Origin: an uncultured bacterium
Lineage (GTDB): Bacteria; Patescibacteriota; JACMRA01
Direction: 5' to 3'
DNA length: 64,000 nucleotides
NCBI GenBank assembly: GCA_963704645.1
Contig: OY969926.1
Coordinates: forward strand, 1,120,001 to 1,184,000
The first letter of the stretch is position 1, and each line of letters starts with the position of its first letter. Position numbers and translations under genes: made by a program. Under the pieces are notes generated by a model. That model searched no databases. It saw only the letters and a list, made by a program, of their open reading frames with translations, and was not told the DNA's origin. Positions 11,145 through 20,559 of this stretch are shown piece by piece.

Positions 11145-11509
11145 GGGGTAATCCAAAAATGAAATTGAGGTATAAAGGTAATCCCTTAACTCCACAACGC
11201 TGTGTAGGGGAGATACCTTATCTCCCTGGGTAAATGAAGGGAAAGGAGGGGAGGTAAAGGACAAACCACCAATCGTAACTTCCTCGTTTCCTCACCCCCC
11301 CACACACCCAAACTACCCCCAAGCCTTTGGCTTGACCCCTTCGGGCAAACATGTCGGTTGAAACAAGTTCAACCTGCGCCAGTTTACTTACCAGGGGTAC
11401 TTTTTATGTAGTAGCTTTCCCAGCACCCCTATCTAGGCACGACTGTCCCGTTCTTGATAATTTTTACCAAAACCTAATTAAGAAGAAATGATAGGTAGGC
11501 AACCCCTAC
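11141..11509. repeat. Intergenic cluster of palindromic repeats (GTAG-REPs and others)
   Basis: GTAG-GGGAGATA-cct-TATCTCCC at 11204-11226; GGTTGAA-acaag-TTCAACC at 11356-11374; GTAG starts overlapping both flanking stop codons. Confidence 0.7.
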
Positions 11510-12882
11510 TTCAACAACTTCAAAACTTCTTGTTCGCGAATTGTAGTAAACTTAATTGTTGGGTTTAGGTTCATTTTTAAAGCGTTGGCGGTTTTGGTTC
11601 TAGTTTCAATTTGGGTTGGTGTACGTAAGTTTCCGCTTAAAGTTAGTCTTCCCGAAAAAATTGGTAAAGTACTACTTTTAAACCAGTTTTTTACATCTAA
11701 ATTAAATGTGGAAGAAAGAATAGCAACCATTATGGCCAAGTCTAAATTTTCGTCTGGGTTTGAATTTGGCCAGCCAGAAATTTGTAAGTAAACGTCTCTT
11801 CCAGTTAAGTCTAGGTTTAAATATTTTTCGCAAATAGCCAAAATTGTATTTAGCTTGGCCGTTTTTATTCCCAAAGCTTCTCTTCGTCCAAAAAAGTTTC
11901 CTGCGCCTGCCGTTTTAGCTGGAGTTACCAAAGCTTGAATTTCAACAACCAAAGGCAAATCTCCGTCTAAAGCCAAGCCGTAAGCAACGCCCATTCCACT
12001 TTCAGTGTTACCAAGCAAGGCCAAACTTGGGTTAGTAATAACTTCCAAACCAGACGCACCCATATTCATAAGCATGGTTGGTGTGGTTGGGCCGTACCTA
12101 TGTTTATTAAAACGTAAACTTCTAAAATTGCCCACATTGGCGTTTTCTAAAATTAAAACAGAATCTACTAAGTGCTCTAGGGTTTTAGGGCCTGCAATTT
12201 GTCCTTCTTTAGTAACGTGCCCAATTATTATAATTGCCATGTTTTTATTCTTACTTAAAGCCAATAAATGACTGGCTAAAGTTGTTACCTGACTAACCGA
12301 ACCAGGAGCAGTTTCAAGGTTGGCTGTAAAAATTGTTTGAATAGAATCTACCACCAAAACATCGAAATTAAAACTGGCCAATTTACCTTCCATTTCTTCA
12401 TAGGAATTGGTTTGCAAAATGTTTAAAGTTTCTGGAATACCAAGTCGTTTAGCCCGTTTAGCAATTTCCAAGGCCGATTCTTCTGCAGTTAAGTAGCAAA
12501 CTTGTAAATTAGAATTTAGCTTATTTTGTAGAAGCGAACGGACCAGCTGTAAAGCCAAAGTGCTTTTACCAAGACCAGGTTCACCCGCTAACAAAGTTAA
12601 ACTAGCTGGCACTAAACCACCACCCCAAAATTGGTTTAGCATTGCCGCTTCAAACTTAAACAAAGGTGATAAATTTACATCTTCTAACCTAGAATACAAT
12701 TTTTCAAGTTTTGTAATTTGATTATTCTGAATAGACGGTTGCTTTTTGCTGGTAGCATTTATTGGCGAAACTGTTTCTTCCACAAAACTATTCCAACTGT
12801 CACAACTGGGGCATTTACCAACCCACTTAGCAGTTTTAAAATTACAGTTAGAACAAACAAAAACACTTTTAGCTAAGGCCAT
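11506..12882 (-). CDS. radA: DNA repair protein RadA/Sms
   Basis: C4 zinc finger CSNC...CPSC, GEPGLGKST, DSIQT, GHVTKEGQIAGPKTLEHLVD. Confidence 0.95.
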   Translation of the reverse strand: MALAKSVFVCSNCNFKTAKWVGKCPSCDSWNSFVEETVSPINATSKKQPSIQNNQITKLEKLYSRLEDVNLSPLFKFEAAMLNQFWGGGLVPASLTLLAGEPGLGKSTLALQLVRSLLQNKLNSNLQVCYLTAEESALEIAKRAKRLGIPETLNILQTNSYEEMEGKLASFNFDVLVVDSIQTIFTANLETAPGSVSQVTTLASHLLALSKNKNMAIIIIGHVTKEGQIAGPKTLEHLVDSVLILENANVGNFRSLRFNKHRYGPTTPTMLMNMGASGLEVITNPSLALLGNTESGMGVAYGLALDGDLPLVVEIQALVTPAKTAGAGNFFGRREALGIKTAKLNTILAICEKYLNLDLTGRDVYLQISGWPNSNPDENLDLAIMVAILSSTFNLDVKNWFKSSTLPIFSGRLTLSGNLRTPTQIETRTKTANALKMNLNPTIKFTTIREQEVLKLLK

Positions 12883-12979
12883 ATTTTAATGTGAGATGGT
12901 AAGTGGGAAATGTAAAGAGTTGCTTTGGAAGATTAATTTGAAAGTTTATTAAGCCTAGACAAATGAGTACTGTCACCCT

Positions 12980-14059
12980 TGTATATGTCATAAATTTCAG
13001 TGACAGAATTTAAATCTTCTTTTAGATTATTTCTGTTAAATTTTTAACAACATACATTCTAACATAATATGCGTTTAAATGATAATACTTTAACCAAGAA
13101 TTACCTTAGACATATGAAACAATTAGTTCAAGAATATGAATTAATTAAAACAAGGAAACATCCTAGATATGTATTTGTAAATGAATTCTACAAAGCAAAT
13201 AATATAACTAGACAAAACTTCATCAAATATTACAATAGGTATAAATTAGTCTCTATGGATAGTAGTTTAATTCCAAAGAAAAGAGGAAGAAAGTTTGGTA
13301 GTTTAAAAAGTATTCCCTTTATACAGAATAAGATTATTGAACTTAGAAACCAAGGATTTGGTAGATATGAGATACACGATTTCCTTTTACCTAAGTATGG
13401 TAAATATACTCCTTCACCTACGACTATTTACAATATACTATTAAAGAAAGGATTGAATAGATTAGATCCAAGAGTAATTCAAACTAACAAAAGAAGAATC
13501 ATTAAAGATAAAGCAGGAGAATTAGGCCATATGGATTGCCACAGACTAGCTAAAGGAATACTGGAGGGTGAAAAGAATGAATACTTTCTACTAAGCTTAA
13601 CAGATGACTTTACTAGAATAGTTATGACCATACTAATACCTAATCTACAAGCTCTAACAGTTATGCTTTATACTCAAAGATTATTAGCAGTATTCAATAG
13701 ATGTTACAACATAGATTTTCAAAGTATATTAACAGACAATGGACCCGAATTTGGAAGGAAAGAAACAAAAGAAGAAAACAAACAAAACCATCCATTTGAA
13801 AGATTACTGTTAGAATACAACATTAAGCATAAGTACACTAGAGCCTACAGGCCACAAACCAATGGTAAAGTAGAAAGATTCTGGAGAAGTTTAGAGGAAG
13901 AATTACTTAGAGAGCAAGTATACCCAGATAAAGAAAGTTTAGAAGAAGAATTATTTGAATATTGTTGCTACTTCAACCATATTAGAAGACATCAAGGTAT
14001 TGGTAATATTACTCCCTATGAGAAACTTAATTCTGTCACTGAATAAGTTGACATATACA
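12980..14059 (+). mobile_element. IS481-family insertion sequence (1080 bp)
   Basis: 5'-TGT...ACA-3' ends; 31-bp terminal IRs at 12980-13010 and 14029-14059 match at 26/31; imperfect flanking duplication ACCCT/GCCCT. Confidence 0.88.
13069..14046 (+). CDS. IS481-family DDE transposase (rve core)
   Basis: GHMD, TDNGPEF, YRPQTNGKVERF, RRHQGIGNITP. Confidence 0.92.
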   Translation: MRLNDNTLTKNYLRHMKQLVQEYELIKTRKHPRYVFVNEFYKANNITRQNFIKYYNRYKLVSMDSSLIPKKRGRKFGSLKSIPFIQNKIIELRNQGFGRYEIHDFLLPKYGKYTPSPTTIYNILLKKGLNRLDPRVIQTNKRRIIKDKAGELGHMDCHRLAKGILEGEKNEYFLLSLTDDFTRIVMTILIPNLQALTVMLYTQRLLAVFNRCYNIDFQSILTDNGPEFGRKETKEENKQNHPFERLLLEYNIKHKYTRAYRPQTNGKVERFWRSLEEELLREQVYPDKESLEEELFEYCCYFNHIRRHQGIGNITPYEKLNSVTE

Positions 14060-14060
14060 G

Positions 14061-14081
14061 CCCTGAACTTGTTTCAGGGTC
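14061..14081. repeat. CCCTGAACTTGTTTCAGGG palindromic repeat (IS481 target; further copies at 15073-15093 and 11356-11374)
   Basis: 7-bp stem with the same ACAAG/CTTGT loop at three sites. Confidence 0.7.
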
Positions 14082-14131
14082 TAAGCCTGGAGTGGTCGAT
14101 ATTCGAATTACAAACTGGAGTTTTTCGCCCA

Positions 14132-14166
14132 AAAAATTAAGAGCTCTAGCGTATTTACTAGAACTC
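14132..14166 (-). terminator. Intrinsic terminator, 34/35 identical to 14467-14501
   Basis: GAGTTCTAG...CTAGAGCTC hairpin followed by a T-run on the minus strand. Confidence 0.75.
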
Positions 14167-14176
14167 TTTTGGCGAC

Positions 14177-14389
14177 CTAAATTTTAGTATATCCATTAGG
14201 GGGCATTGAGTCTTTAGCTATTGCAATTACTTCATAAAAGTGGCCATCAGTGGCACTTGGGTTGTACTTGTAATAATATTCGTGATAGGGTATAGATGCC
14301 ACCCACTCAGAAACATCATAACCCAATCTACCAGTGTTACTGTCTCTTACAAAAACAACTTTTCCGGTTTTAGCACCTGTAGTGATCAT
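14177..14389 (-). CDS. Small orphan protein, paralogue of 14512-14751
   Basis: Own promoter and terminator; C-terminus PPNGYTKI versus PPEGYTQI. Confidence 0.7.
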   Translation of the reverse strand: MITTGAKTGKVVFVRDSNTGRLGYDVSEWVASIPYHEYYYKYNPSATDGHFYEVIAIAKDSMPPNGYTKI

Positions 14390-14511
14390 TGTTAATTTAC
14401 CTAATTTTACGCTGCCTTATATTTAAAGCACACAAAAACACATTTAACAAGTGAGATTTCTTGGTCAAAAATTAAGAGTTCTAGCGTATTTACTAGAACT
14501 CCTATTAGATA

Positions 14512-14751
14512 TTAAATTTGAGTATAACCCTCAGGTGGGTTCTCGTCTGGAATATGATCATGTCCAGCTAAACCTGAGTTTTTTACTGCAACCAACCGAA
14601 AACAGTTTCCGATGTTTTTCGCCCAAAAAGTATGGACAGGAAAAAAGTACATCCAACTCTTCACTTCTTCAGTATAAGTTCCATCTTCATTCGAGATGGC
14701 TTGCACTTGAATTTCTCGGTCGTTACTGCTAAAATTTCCATCAAATGACAT
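14512..14751 (-). CDS. Small orphan protein
   Basis: GGAG SD; promoter TTGCCA-17-TTTAAA at 14816-14788; terminator 14467-14501. Confidence 0.72.
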   Translation of the reverse strand: MSFDGNFSSNDREIQVQAISNEDGTYTEEVKSWMYFFPVHTFWAKNIGNCFRLVAVKNSGLAGHDHIPDENPPEGYTQI

Positions 14752-15252
14752 AAAATACTCTCCATCAAAATTTGATTTGGCTATTTATTTAAAGCACATA
14801 AAAACACATTTGGCAATAGTCTCATTATGACTTCCTAAAAATTAATAATAAAGATTTACATCGATTTTTTTCAATAATGTCATTAATAATTAAATCAATA
14901 TTGTTGTTCACTTTTTCAACATTTTCACTCTTTAGCCTCTGAACAAATCAGTAGTTATAAATCATTAGATCGAAGATATATATTAATTTCAACCATTGCG
15001 ATTATTCTTGGTTTATCAGTCTCACAATTATTTACCATCAAAATCTCTAGTTTTTTTCCAGCTCTACCTTAAACCCTGAAACAAGTTCAGGGGGCGCAGG
15101 CTTTGTAGTTCCCTGCTTAAAAAAGATAAAAATGTTCATAACTCCTAAAGTTATACTTAAAGCTAGACATTCCCCTGCCCTTTTGCCAATAAATACCAAT
15201 TAAGCTACAATTTTAACCGAACACAAACCAAAACAGATAGCAGTAAAATTTT

Positions 15253-16656
15253 ATGCGCCAAGCTAAACATACAAAAAAACATTTACACAAAAAACACAGA
15301 CACCAGGCCAATTTAAATTCTAAAAAGTACGAACAAAATTTAAATTCCCAGACTAGTTTGTACAGCAAGTTGAAATCTATTATAGGCCGTTTTGGCCCAG
15401 GAATTATAACCGGTGCAAGCGATGATGACCCATCTGGAATTACCACATATTCTCAGGCTGGTGCCAGTTTTGGTTTTCAAACTTTGTGGACTGTTGTTAT
15501 TACCCTTCCATTAATGACTGCTGTTCAAGAAATGTGTGGCAGAATTGGACTGGTAACCAGCATGGGTTTAACCAAAGTTGTAAAAAAACACTATCCAAAA
15601 TGGGTAATTTACTTAATAGGGCTAGTAACCGTTCCTGCTATAATTTTAAACATAGCTGCAGATCTAGCTGGAATGGGAGCAGTTTCCAACATGCTTTTCC
15701 CGGCTATTCCAACTTGGGTTTTTACTATTTTGGCGGCTCTATCTATAATGTTTAGTCTAGTCTTATTTTCGTACAAAAAAATTGAAAATATTTTGAAATG
15801 GTTAACTTTGGTTTTGCTGACATACTTAATTGTACCTTTCTTTATAACCCTAGATTGGGGCTATATTTTATACTCTATTGTTTCACCAAAAATACAATTT
15901 TCTAAGGAATATATTGCCATCATTGTAGGAATTTTAGGTACCACAATTTCACCATATTTATTTTTCTGGGAAGCCAGTATGGAAGTAGAAGAACACGAAG
16001 AAAAATATTCCAAAATTGGAGGTTTGGAGAAAAACACATTTGAAGCAAAGAGCGATGAAACTAATTTCGTAGAAGCTACAGTGGGCGAAGTTAAAACTAT
16101 GCGTCAAGACAACGCTTTAGGAATGTTTCTTTCTAACTTTGTGATGTTCTTTATTATTTTAGTTACAGGTTCAGTACTATTTAACGGTGGAACTGGCGGT
16201 ATTGACACAGTACAAGAAGCGGCAGCGGCACTAAAACCACTGGCAGGAGATTTTGCCTATTTACTATTTGCAGTTGGGGTAATTGGAACAGGTTTTTTGG
16301 CCATTCCAGTATTGGCTGGTGCTTGCGGCTATATTGTCTCAGAAATGTTTGATTGGCGTGAAGGCATGAACAACAAGTTTAAACAAGCCAGAGGTTTTTA
16401 TGAAGTTATTTGTTTTTGTATTTTAATGGGATTAGGTTTAAACATTTCTGGTATTGACCCTATTCAAGGTATGATTTGGTCGGCTATAGTTTACGGAGTT
16501 ACAGCGCCAATTTTAATTGGAATTATTATGCACATTGCTAACCGTGAAGACATTATGGGCAAATGGAAAAATGGTTGGCTGGTGAATATTTTAGGAGGTG
16601 CTGGGTTAGTTTTAATGACTGTGGCAGCTGTGGCTTTATTGGTGGTTGGGGTGTAA
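15253..16656 (+). CDS. NRAMP-family divalent metal transporter
   Basis: GPGIITGASDDDPSGITTYSQAGA, QEMCGRIG, LGTTISPY; ~11 TM helices. Confidence 0.9.
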   Translation: MRQAKHTKKHLHKKHRHQANLNSKKYEQNLNSQTSLYSKLKSIIGRFGPGIITGASDDDPSGITTYSQAGASFGFQTLWTVVITLPLMTAVQEMCGRIGLVTSMGLTKVVKKHYPKWVIYLIGLVTVPAIILNIAADLAGMGAVSNMLFPAIPTWVFTILAALSIMFSLVLFSYKKIENILKWLTLVLLTYLIVPFFITLDWGYILYSIVSPKIQFSKEYIAIIVGILGTTISPYLFFWEASMEVEEHEEKYSKIGGLEKNTFEAKSDETNFVEATVGEVKTMRQDNALGMFLSNFVMFFIILVTGSVLFNGGTGGIDTVQEAAAALKPLAGDFAYLLFAVGVIGTGFLAIPVLAGACGYIVSEMFDWREGMNNKFKQARGFYEVICFCILMGLGLNISGIDPIQGMIWSAIVYGVTAPILIGIIMHIANREDIMGKWKNGWLVNILGGAGLVLMTVAAVALLVVGV

Positions 16657-16676
16657 AACAACCTAAATTTAAATAT

Positions 16677-17957
16677 ATGAGTTCAACTGTTGAAAGTTTT
16701 GCGACATCAAAAAATCAGATTAGCAATTACAAAAATGTTCCACCAAATGAAGAAAAGGTTGAACGGGTGGAAAAATTTATTGCAAGATTACCTTTAAACG
16801 GAGAAGGGAATATTAATTTATATTTACTTGCTGTTGCAGTTTTGGATTATTCAATAAATGCTTCAGTTGAAGAAATTTACGAAGCATTGTTAAATGTTGG
16901 TGGAAATATTGTTTTTACAAAAGTTAAAGTTGAAAAAGGTATTTCATTAATAAAAGGGCAAGAGGAAAGAGTTAAATTGCAAAAAATTGAAAATCTTAGG
17001 AATTTTCTGAGCCAAATAATTTATCTAAATGGAAAAGGTGCAAAATTGGAATTAGTTAAAAGAAATACAGTTGAGGATATTAAATCAAAAGAACAGACTG
17101 AAGGGGAAATACTATTTAATGATTTTGTAGATTTTGCAATTAAAAACTCTGAGGAAATTATTGATACTTGTATAAGTAATGATGAAGAAGAGTTAGTTGT
17201 AAGCCGAGATTTAATTTCAGATTATTTTTATGATAATTTCTATTCTTCTAGTCCAGATCAAAACTTAGAAGTTTCAAAAGAAAAACAACTAGAATATAGA
17301 CGTTTGGCCGATAAAGCCCAAGAAATTAATTCTCACATAGAGTATGATGAACGAGGCTGGTATAAAATTAAAGGTGGTAAATTGTATGAATACAAAGAAG
17401 ATGTTATTGGCAGAGTTTATTTTAACGTAGACCCCATGTTTGGGCCCAAGTTATTAAACCAATTGCAAGTTTTATTAAGCCAAAGAGTTTCTACTTTTCA
17501 AGCTAAAATTCCAGAAAGCTATGAAGATAGAAAAGATAACTGCGTATTATATTTTACCAAACAAGATCAAGCAGTAGTACTTGAAATAGTTAACCAGATT
17601 GCAACAAGTAATCAATTTATATTTAGAAATGAACTAGGGAAAGGTCAGAAAAAAATTTTAAAAGGAATTGGTTTTGCCCAAGATGCAACTGAAGGACCAA
17701 GTAAAGATTTTAGGTATTATGAAACGAACAATGATAATATTACTTCTTTTGGTGGAAAACTATCTTTCATTTTTGGCGTAGTATTTAAAGCAGTAATAGC
17801 AAGGCAGCTGGATTGGCAAAAAGATAAGGAAACTATAAAAGAACTGTATAACAAGATTTGTAAAATTCATAATGTTGACCCTAAAGACCCAGCTTTTCAT
17901 ATACAAGACAACAATTTTGAAACAATAAGAAATTTTGCAGAACAAAACACAGCTTAA
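16677..17957 (+). CDS. Hypothetical protein with HopA1-like C-terminal domain
   Basis: RVYFNV...FQAKI...RKDNCVLYF...GIGFAQD...SFG pattern; start moved to ATG 16677 to avoid overlapping the NRAMP gene. Confidence 0.55.
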   Translation: MSSTVESFATSKNQISNYKNVPPNEEKVERVEKFIARLPLNGEGNINLYLLAVAVLDYSINASVEEIYEALLNVGGNIVFTKVKVEKGISLIKGQEERVKLQKIENLRNFLSQIIYLNGKGAKLELVKRNTVEDIKSKEQTEGEILFNDFVDFAIKNSEEIIDTCISNDEEELVVSRDLISDYFYDNFYSSSPDQNLEVSKEKQLEYRRLADKAQEINSHIEYDERGWYKIKGGKLYEYKEDVIGRVYFNVDPMFGPKLLNQLQVLLSQRVSTFQAKIPESYEDRKDNCVLYFTKQDQAVVLEIVNQIATSNQFIFRNELGKGQKKILKGIGFAQDATEGPSKDFRYYETNNDNITSFGGKLSFIFGVVFKAVIARQLDWQKDKETIKELYNKICKIHNVDPKDPAFHIQDNNFETIRNFAEQNTA

Positions 17958-17973
17958 TTCCCCCAACAACAAA

Positions 17974-17997
17974 GGCGATGATTAACATCGCCCCTAC
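17974..17997 (-). repeat. GTAG-type REP
   Basis: GTAGG-GGCGATG-ttaat-CATCGCC on the minus strand. Confidence 0.75.
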
Positions 17998-18016
17998 CCT
18001 AATTTTTAGAAATAAA

Positions 18017-18571
18017 TTAGCTGTTAGACTTTAAGTATTCTAAAATTGTGTCTGCATCGGAAATTTCGAATGGATCTGTTGGACAGTCATCAGAAAAACC
18101 TGGCTCTATGAACATTTTTGTAATTGTTCCATCTTCAACAACCATGGAGTATCTCCAAGATCTGTCACCAAAACCTAGATTGTTCTTTTTAACCAACATT
18201 CCCATTCCTCTTGTAAAATCTGCATTTCCATCTGGAAGTAAGAAAATGTTATTCACACCTTGTGCCTTTCCCCATTGGAACATTACGAAAGCATCGTTTA
18301 CACTTAAACAAATTACTTCATCAACACCTAAGTCTTTGAAAGCTTGGTAATTGTTTTCATAACCTGGTAAATGTGTGCTGGAACATGTCGGTGTGAAGGC
18401 ACCTGGTAAAGAGAATAAAACAATTTTCTTTCCTGCAAAAACATCGTTAGTAGATAAATCTTTCCAACTAAATTTGTTTGGACCTTCGGCATTTTCATCG
18501 CGTACACGGGTTTTAAAAGTTACTTGTGGCACTTTCTGGCCTTCAATATTTTTGTGATCTGAACTGGACAT
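18017..18571 (-). CDS. Peroxiredoxin, Prx5/type II
   Basis: LPGAFTPTCS, SVNDAFVM, PDGNADF, RSWRYSM. Confidence 0.95.
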   Translation of the reverse strand: MSSSDHKNIEGQKVPQVTFKTRVRDENAEGPNKFSWKDLSTNDVFAGKKIVLFSLPGAFTPTCSSTHLPGYENNYQAFKDLGVDEVICLSVNDAFVMFQWGKAQGVNNIFLLPDGNADFTRGMGMLVKKNNLGFGDRSWRYSMVVEDGTITKMFIEPGFSDDCPTDPFEISDADTILEYLKSNS

Positions 18572-18738
18572 ATATTTTAAATTTAATTTTTAATGGCAAT
18601 TTCTTACCTAATTAATTAACATTTTAGAGGCACTTTTTGTCAAAGAATTTACCCTATCTATACAGAGCAGTCCAAACTTTGAATATTAAAAAATATAGAC
18701 GTTTAGGCTTTTTACACTAATATTATTCTTGTACATTT

Positions 18739-19134
18739 ATGGAGAATTTTATAAAAAACTTTACAAACTGGTTTAGTTTAAAACCTGAGTTAGAATTCTT
18801 AAAAAGTTCTAAAAATTTTAATGAAAGAGAAATTTGGTGGACACATTTAGGCAGCAACTTAGGTTTTGAAATTGATGGTAAAACCTTACAATACACCAGG
18901 CCAGCACTGATACTTAAAAAAATTTCTACCCAAACAGCATTAATACTTCCGCTTACCTCAAAAGACAAGAATGGAAGTTGGTACATTCCAATAATTGTAG
19001 ATGAAAAAGAAGGAAGAGTAATTCTTTCTCAAAGCCGAACTATAGATAGTAAAAGATTAAAATCCAGACTTGTGACTATTAATGAAAGAGAATTTAAAAA
19101 TATAAAAGAAAAATTTATTCAATTTATTGGGTAA
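18739..19134 (+). CDS. PemK/MazF-family toxin; no protein antitoxin adjacent
   Basis: EIWW..LG.NLG.EIDGK...RPALILKK, LPLTS, LSQSRTIDSKRL. Confidence 0.85.
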   Translation: MENFIKNFTNWFSLKPELEFLKSSKNFNEREIWWTHLGSNLGFEIDGKTLQYTRPALILKKISTQTALILPLTSKDKNGSWYIPIIVDEKEGRVILSQSRTIDSKRLKSRLVTINEREFKNIKEKFIQFIG

Positions 19135-19182
19135 AAATTGTCCTCCCATTTCTGGGAGGTTAGCGACTGACGTCGAAATTAC
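19130..19182 (-). ncRNA. Putative ~50-nt convergent sRNA (candidate RNA antitoxin), locus 1
   Basis: Promoter TTGACA(19215-19210)-17-TATTAT; hairpins CGAC-GTCA-GTCG and CCTCCCA-GAAA-TGGGAGG, then a T-run. Confidence 0.55.
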
Positions 19183-19449
19183 TATGATAATAATACTTAC
19201 CATGACTTTTGTCAATTATGTATCCTTACTTTCCAATTTTATTTTCCCAATAAAATAACACAAAGGTAAACATTATCATGTTTCAGAATTACAGTAACAC
19301 CCTGATAAAGAAATATCAAGAAGAATTTTTACAACAAGTTAGTAGGTTTAAATCTTTTTGATTAATTTTCAACTGAAATAATTGCTAGATAATAACTAAA
19401 ATGTACAACCAGAGCAAACAAAGCCTTCAAATTATTTTGCTGAAAATAA

Positions 19450-20538
19450 CTACCCCGCCAAATTCTTAAGGTGGAACTTATTATAAGCCCAAGAGCCAAG
19501 CAATATTAGAAATACTGACGAGCCCATCAAAACTAATAGCTCTGGAATAATATCGCCCAAACCTTTGTTGAATTGCAAAACTTTTCTAAAAGCTTCTGTT
19601 GCATAAGCACTTGGAACTAGGCTGGTTAAACTTGGACCGCCAAAAATTTTAATCTCTGGAAAAGCCACGAAAGCTCCAGACAAAAAACCCAGAATTACCG
19701 AGGCCAGGGTTCCTATATTAGCTGCCAAATTGTCGTTTTTAAAGCTAGAAACTATAACCATGCCAAGACCAACTGTGAACAAATTAGTAGGAATTGAAAC
19801 CAATAAAGCCAAGCTTAATGCCGACCAACTAGCTGAATAACCAAAAACTAGAACAGCCCCAAAAAGCAAAATGGTTTGAAACAAAGCTATAACAGATTGA
19901 CTTAATAAATGCCCAACAATTATCTGCCAACTTTGAACTTTGGCTGTAAAATACCTAAATGTATAATTTCGCCTAATTTCGTTGCTCATTTGGAAAATTA
20001 TTTGAGGTAGTAAATTTAAAATTCCGTAAACAATTAAACCAGGAACAAGATAAGTAAAGGCCGTGGTTTTTTCAGAATTACTTACAGTAGAAACAACTTC
20101 TAATTTAGATTCATTTTGATAGAAAAACTGATTAGAATAACTGGAAATAATGCCAATAACAGCATTACTTTTAACACTGTAGGTATTGGCGTAAACTTTA
20201 ACTTTAGGCTGTGTAGAAAATTCTAGGAAGGCGTCCAACTTACCATCTTGCACCTTACTTTTACCTTCTTCCAAATTAGCAATTTCAGAGATTTCAAACT
20301 GGGAAACATTTTTAGGAGTTTTAATATTTTGCAATTCTTTAATAAAACTAGTCTGATACAAAGCCGAAGAATTTGATGAATAAGCTATTTTAAAAACCTG
20401 CTCACTGCTATTGGTGTTGAAAACCAAGGCAAATATTCCAATAAATACCACTGGTAAAATGAACACAATGGACCAGCTTTTAATGTCACGTAAAATATAT
20501 AGCAGGTTTTTTTTAGCAATTGATAATGTTTTATTCAT
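19450..20538 (-). CDS. ABC-2 type transporter permease
   Basis: N-terminal TM, extracytoplasmic loop, YLVPGL, five further TMs, FLSGAF. Confidence 0.88.
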   Translation of the reverse strand: MNKTLSIAKKNLLYILRDIKSWSIVFILPVVFIGIFALVFNTNSSEQVFKIAYSSNSSALYQTSFIKELQNIKTPKNVSQFEISEIANLEEGKSKVQDGKLDAFLEFSTQPKVKVYANTYSVKSNAVIGIISSYSNQFFYQNESKLEVVSTVSNSEKTTAFTYLVPGLIVYGILNLLPQIIFQMSNEIRRNYTFRYFTAKVQSWQIIVGHLLSQSVIALFQTILLFGAVLVFGYSASWSALSLALLVSIPTNLFTVGLGMVIVSSFKNDNLAANIGTLASVILGFLSGAFVAFPEIKIFGGPSLTSLVPSAYATEAFRKVLQFNKGLGDIIPELLVLMGSSVFLILLGSWAYNKFHLKNLAG

Positions 20539-20559
20539 AAGTATTTTATGTAAAAAGTT

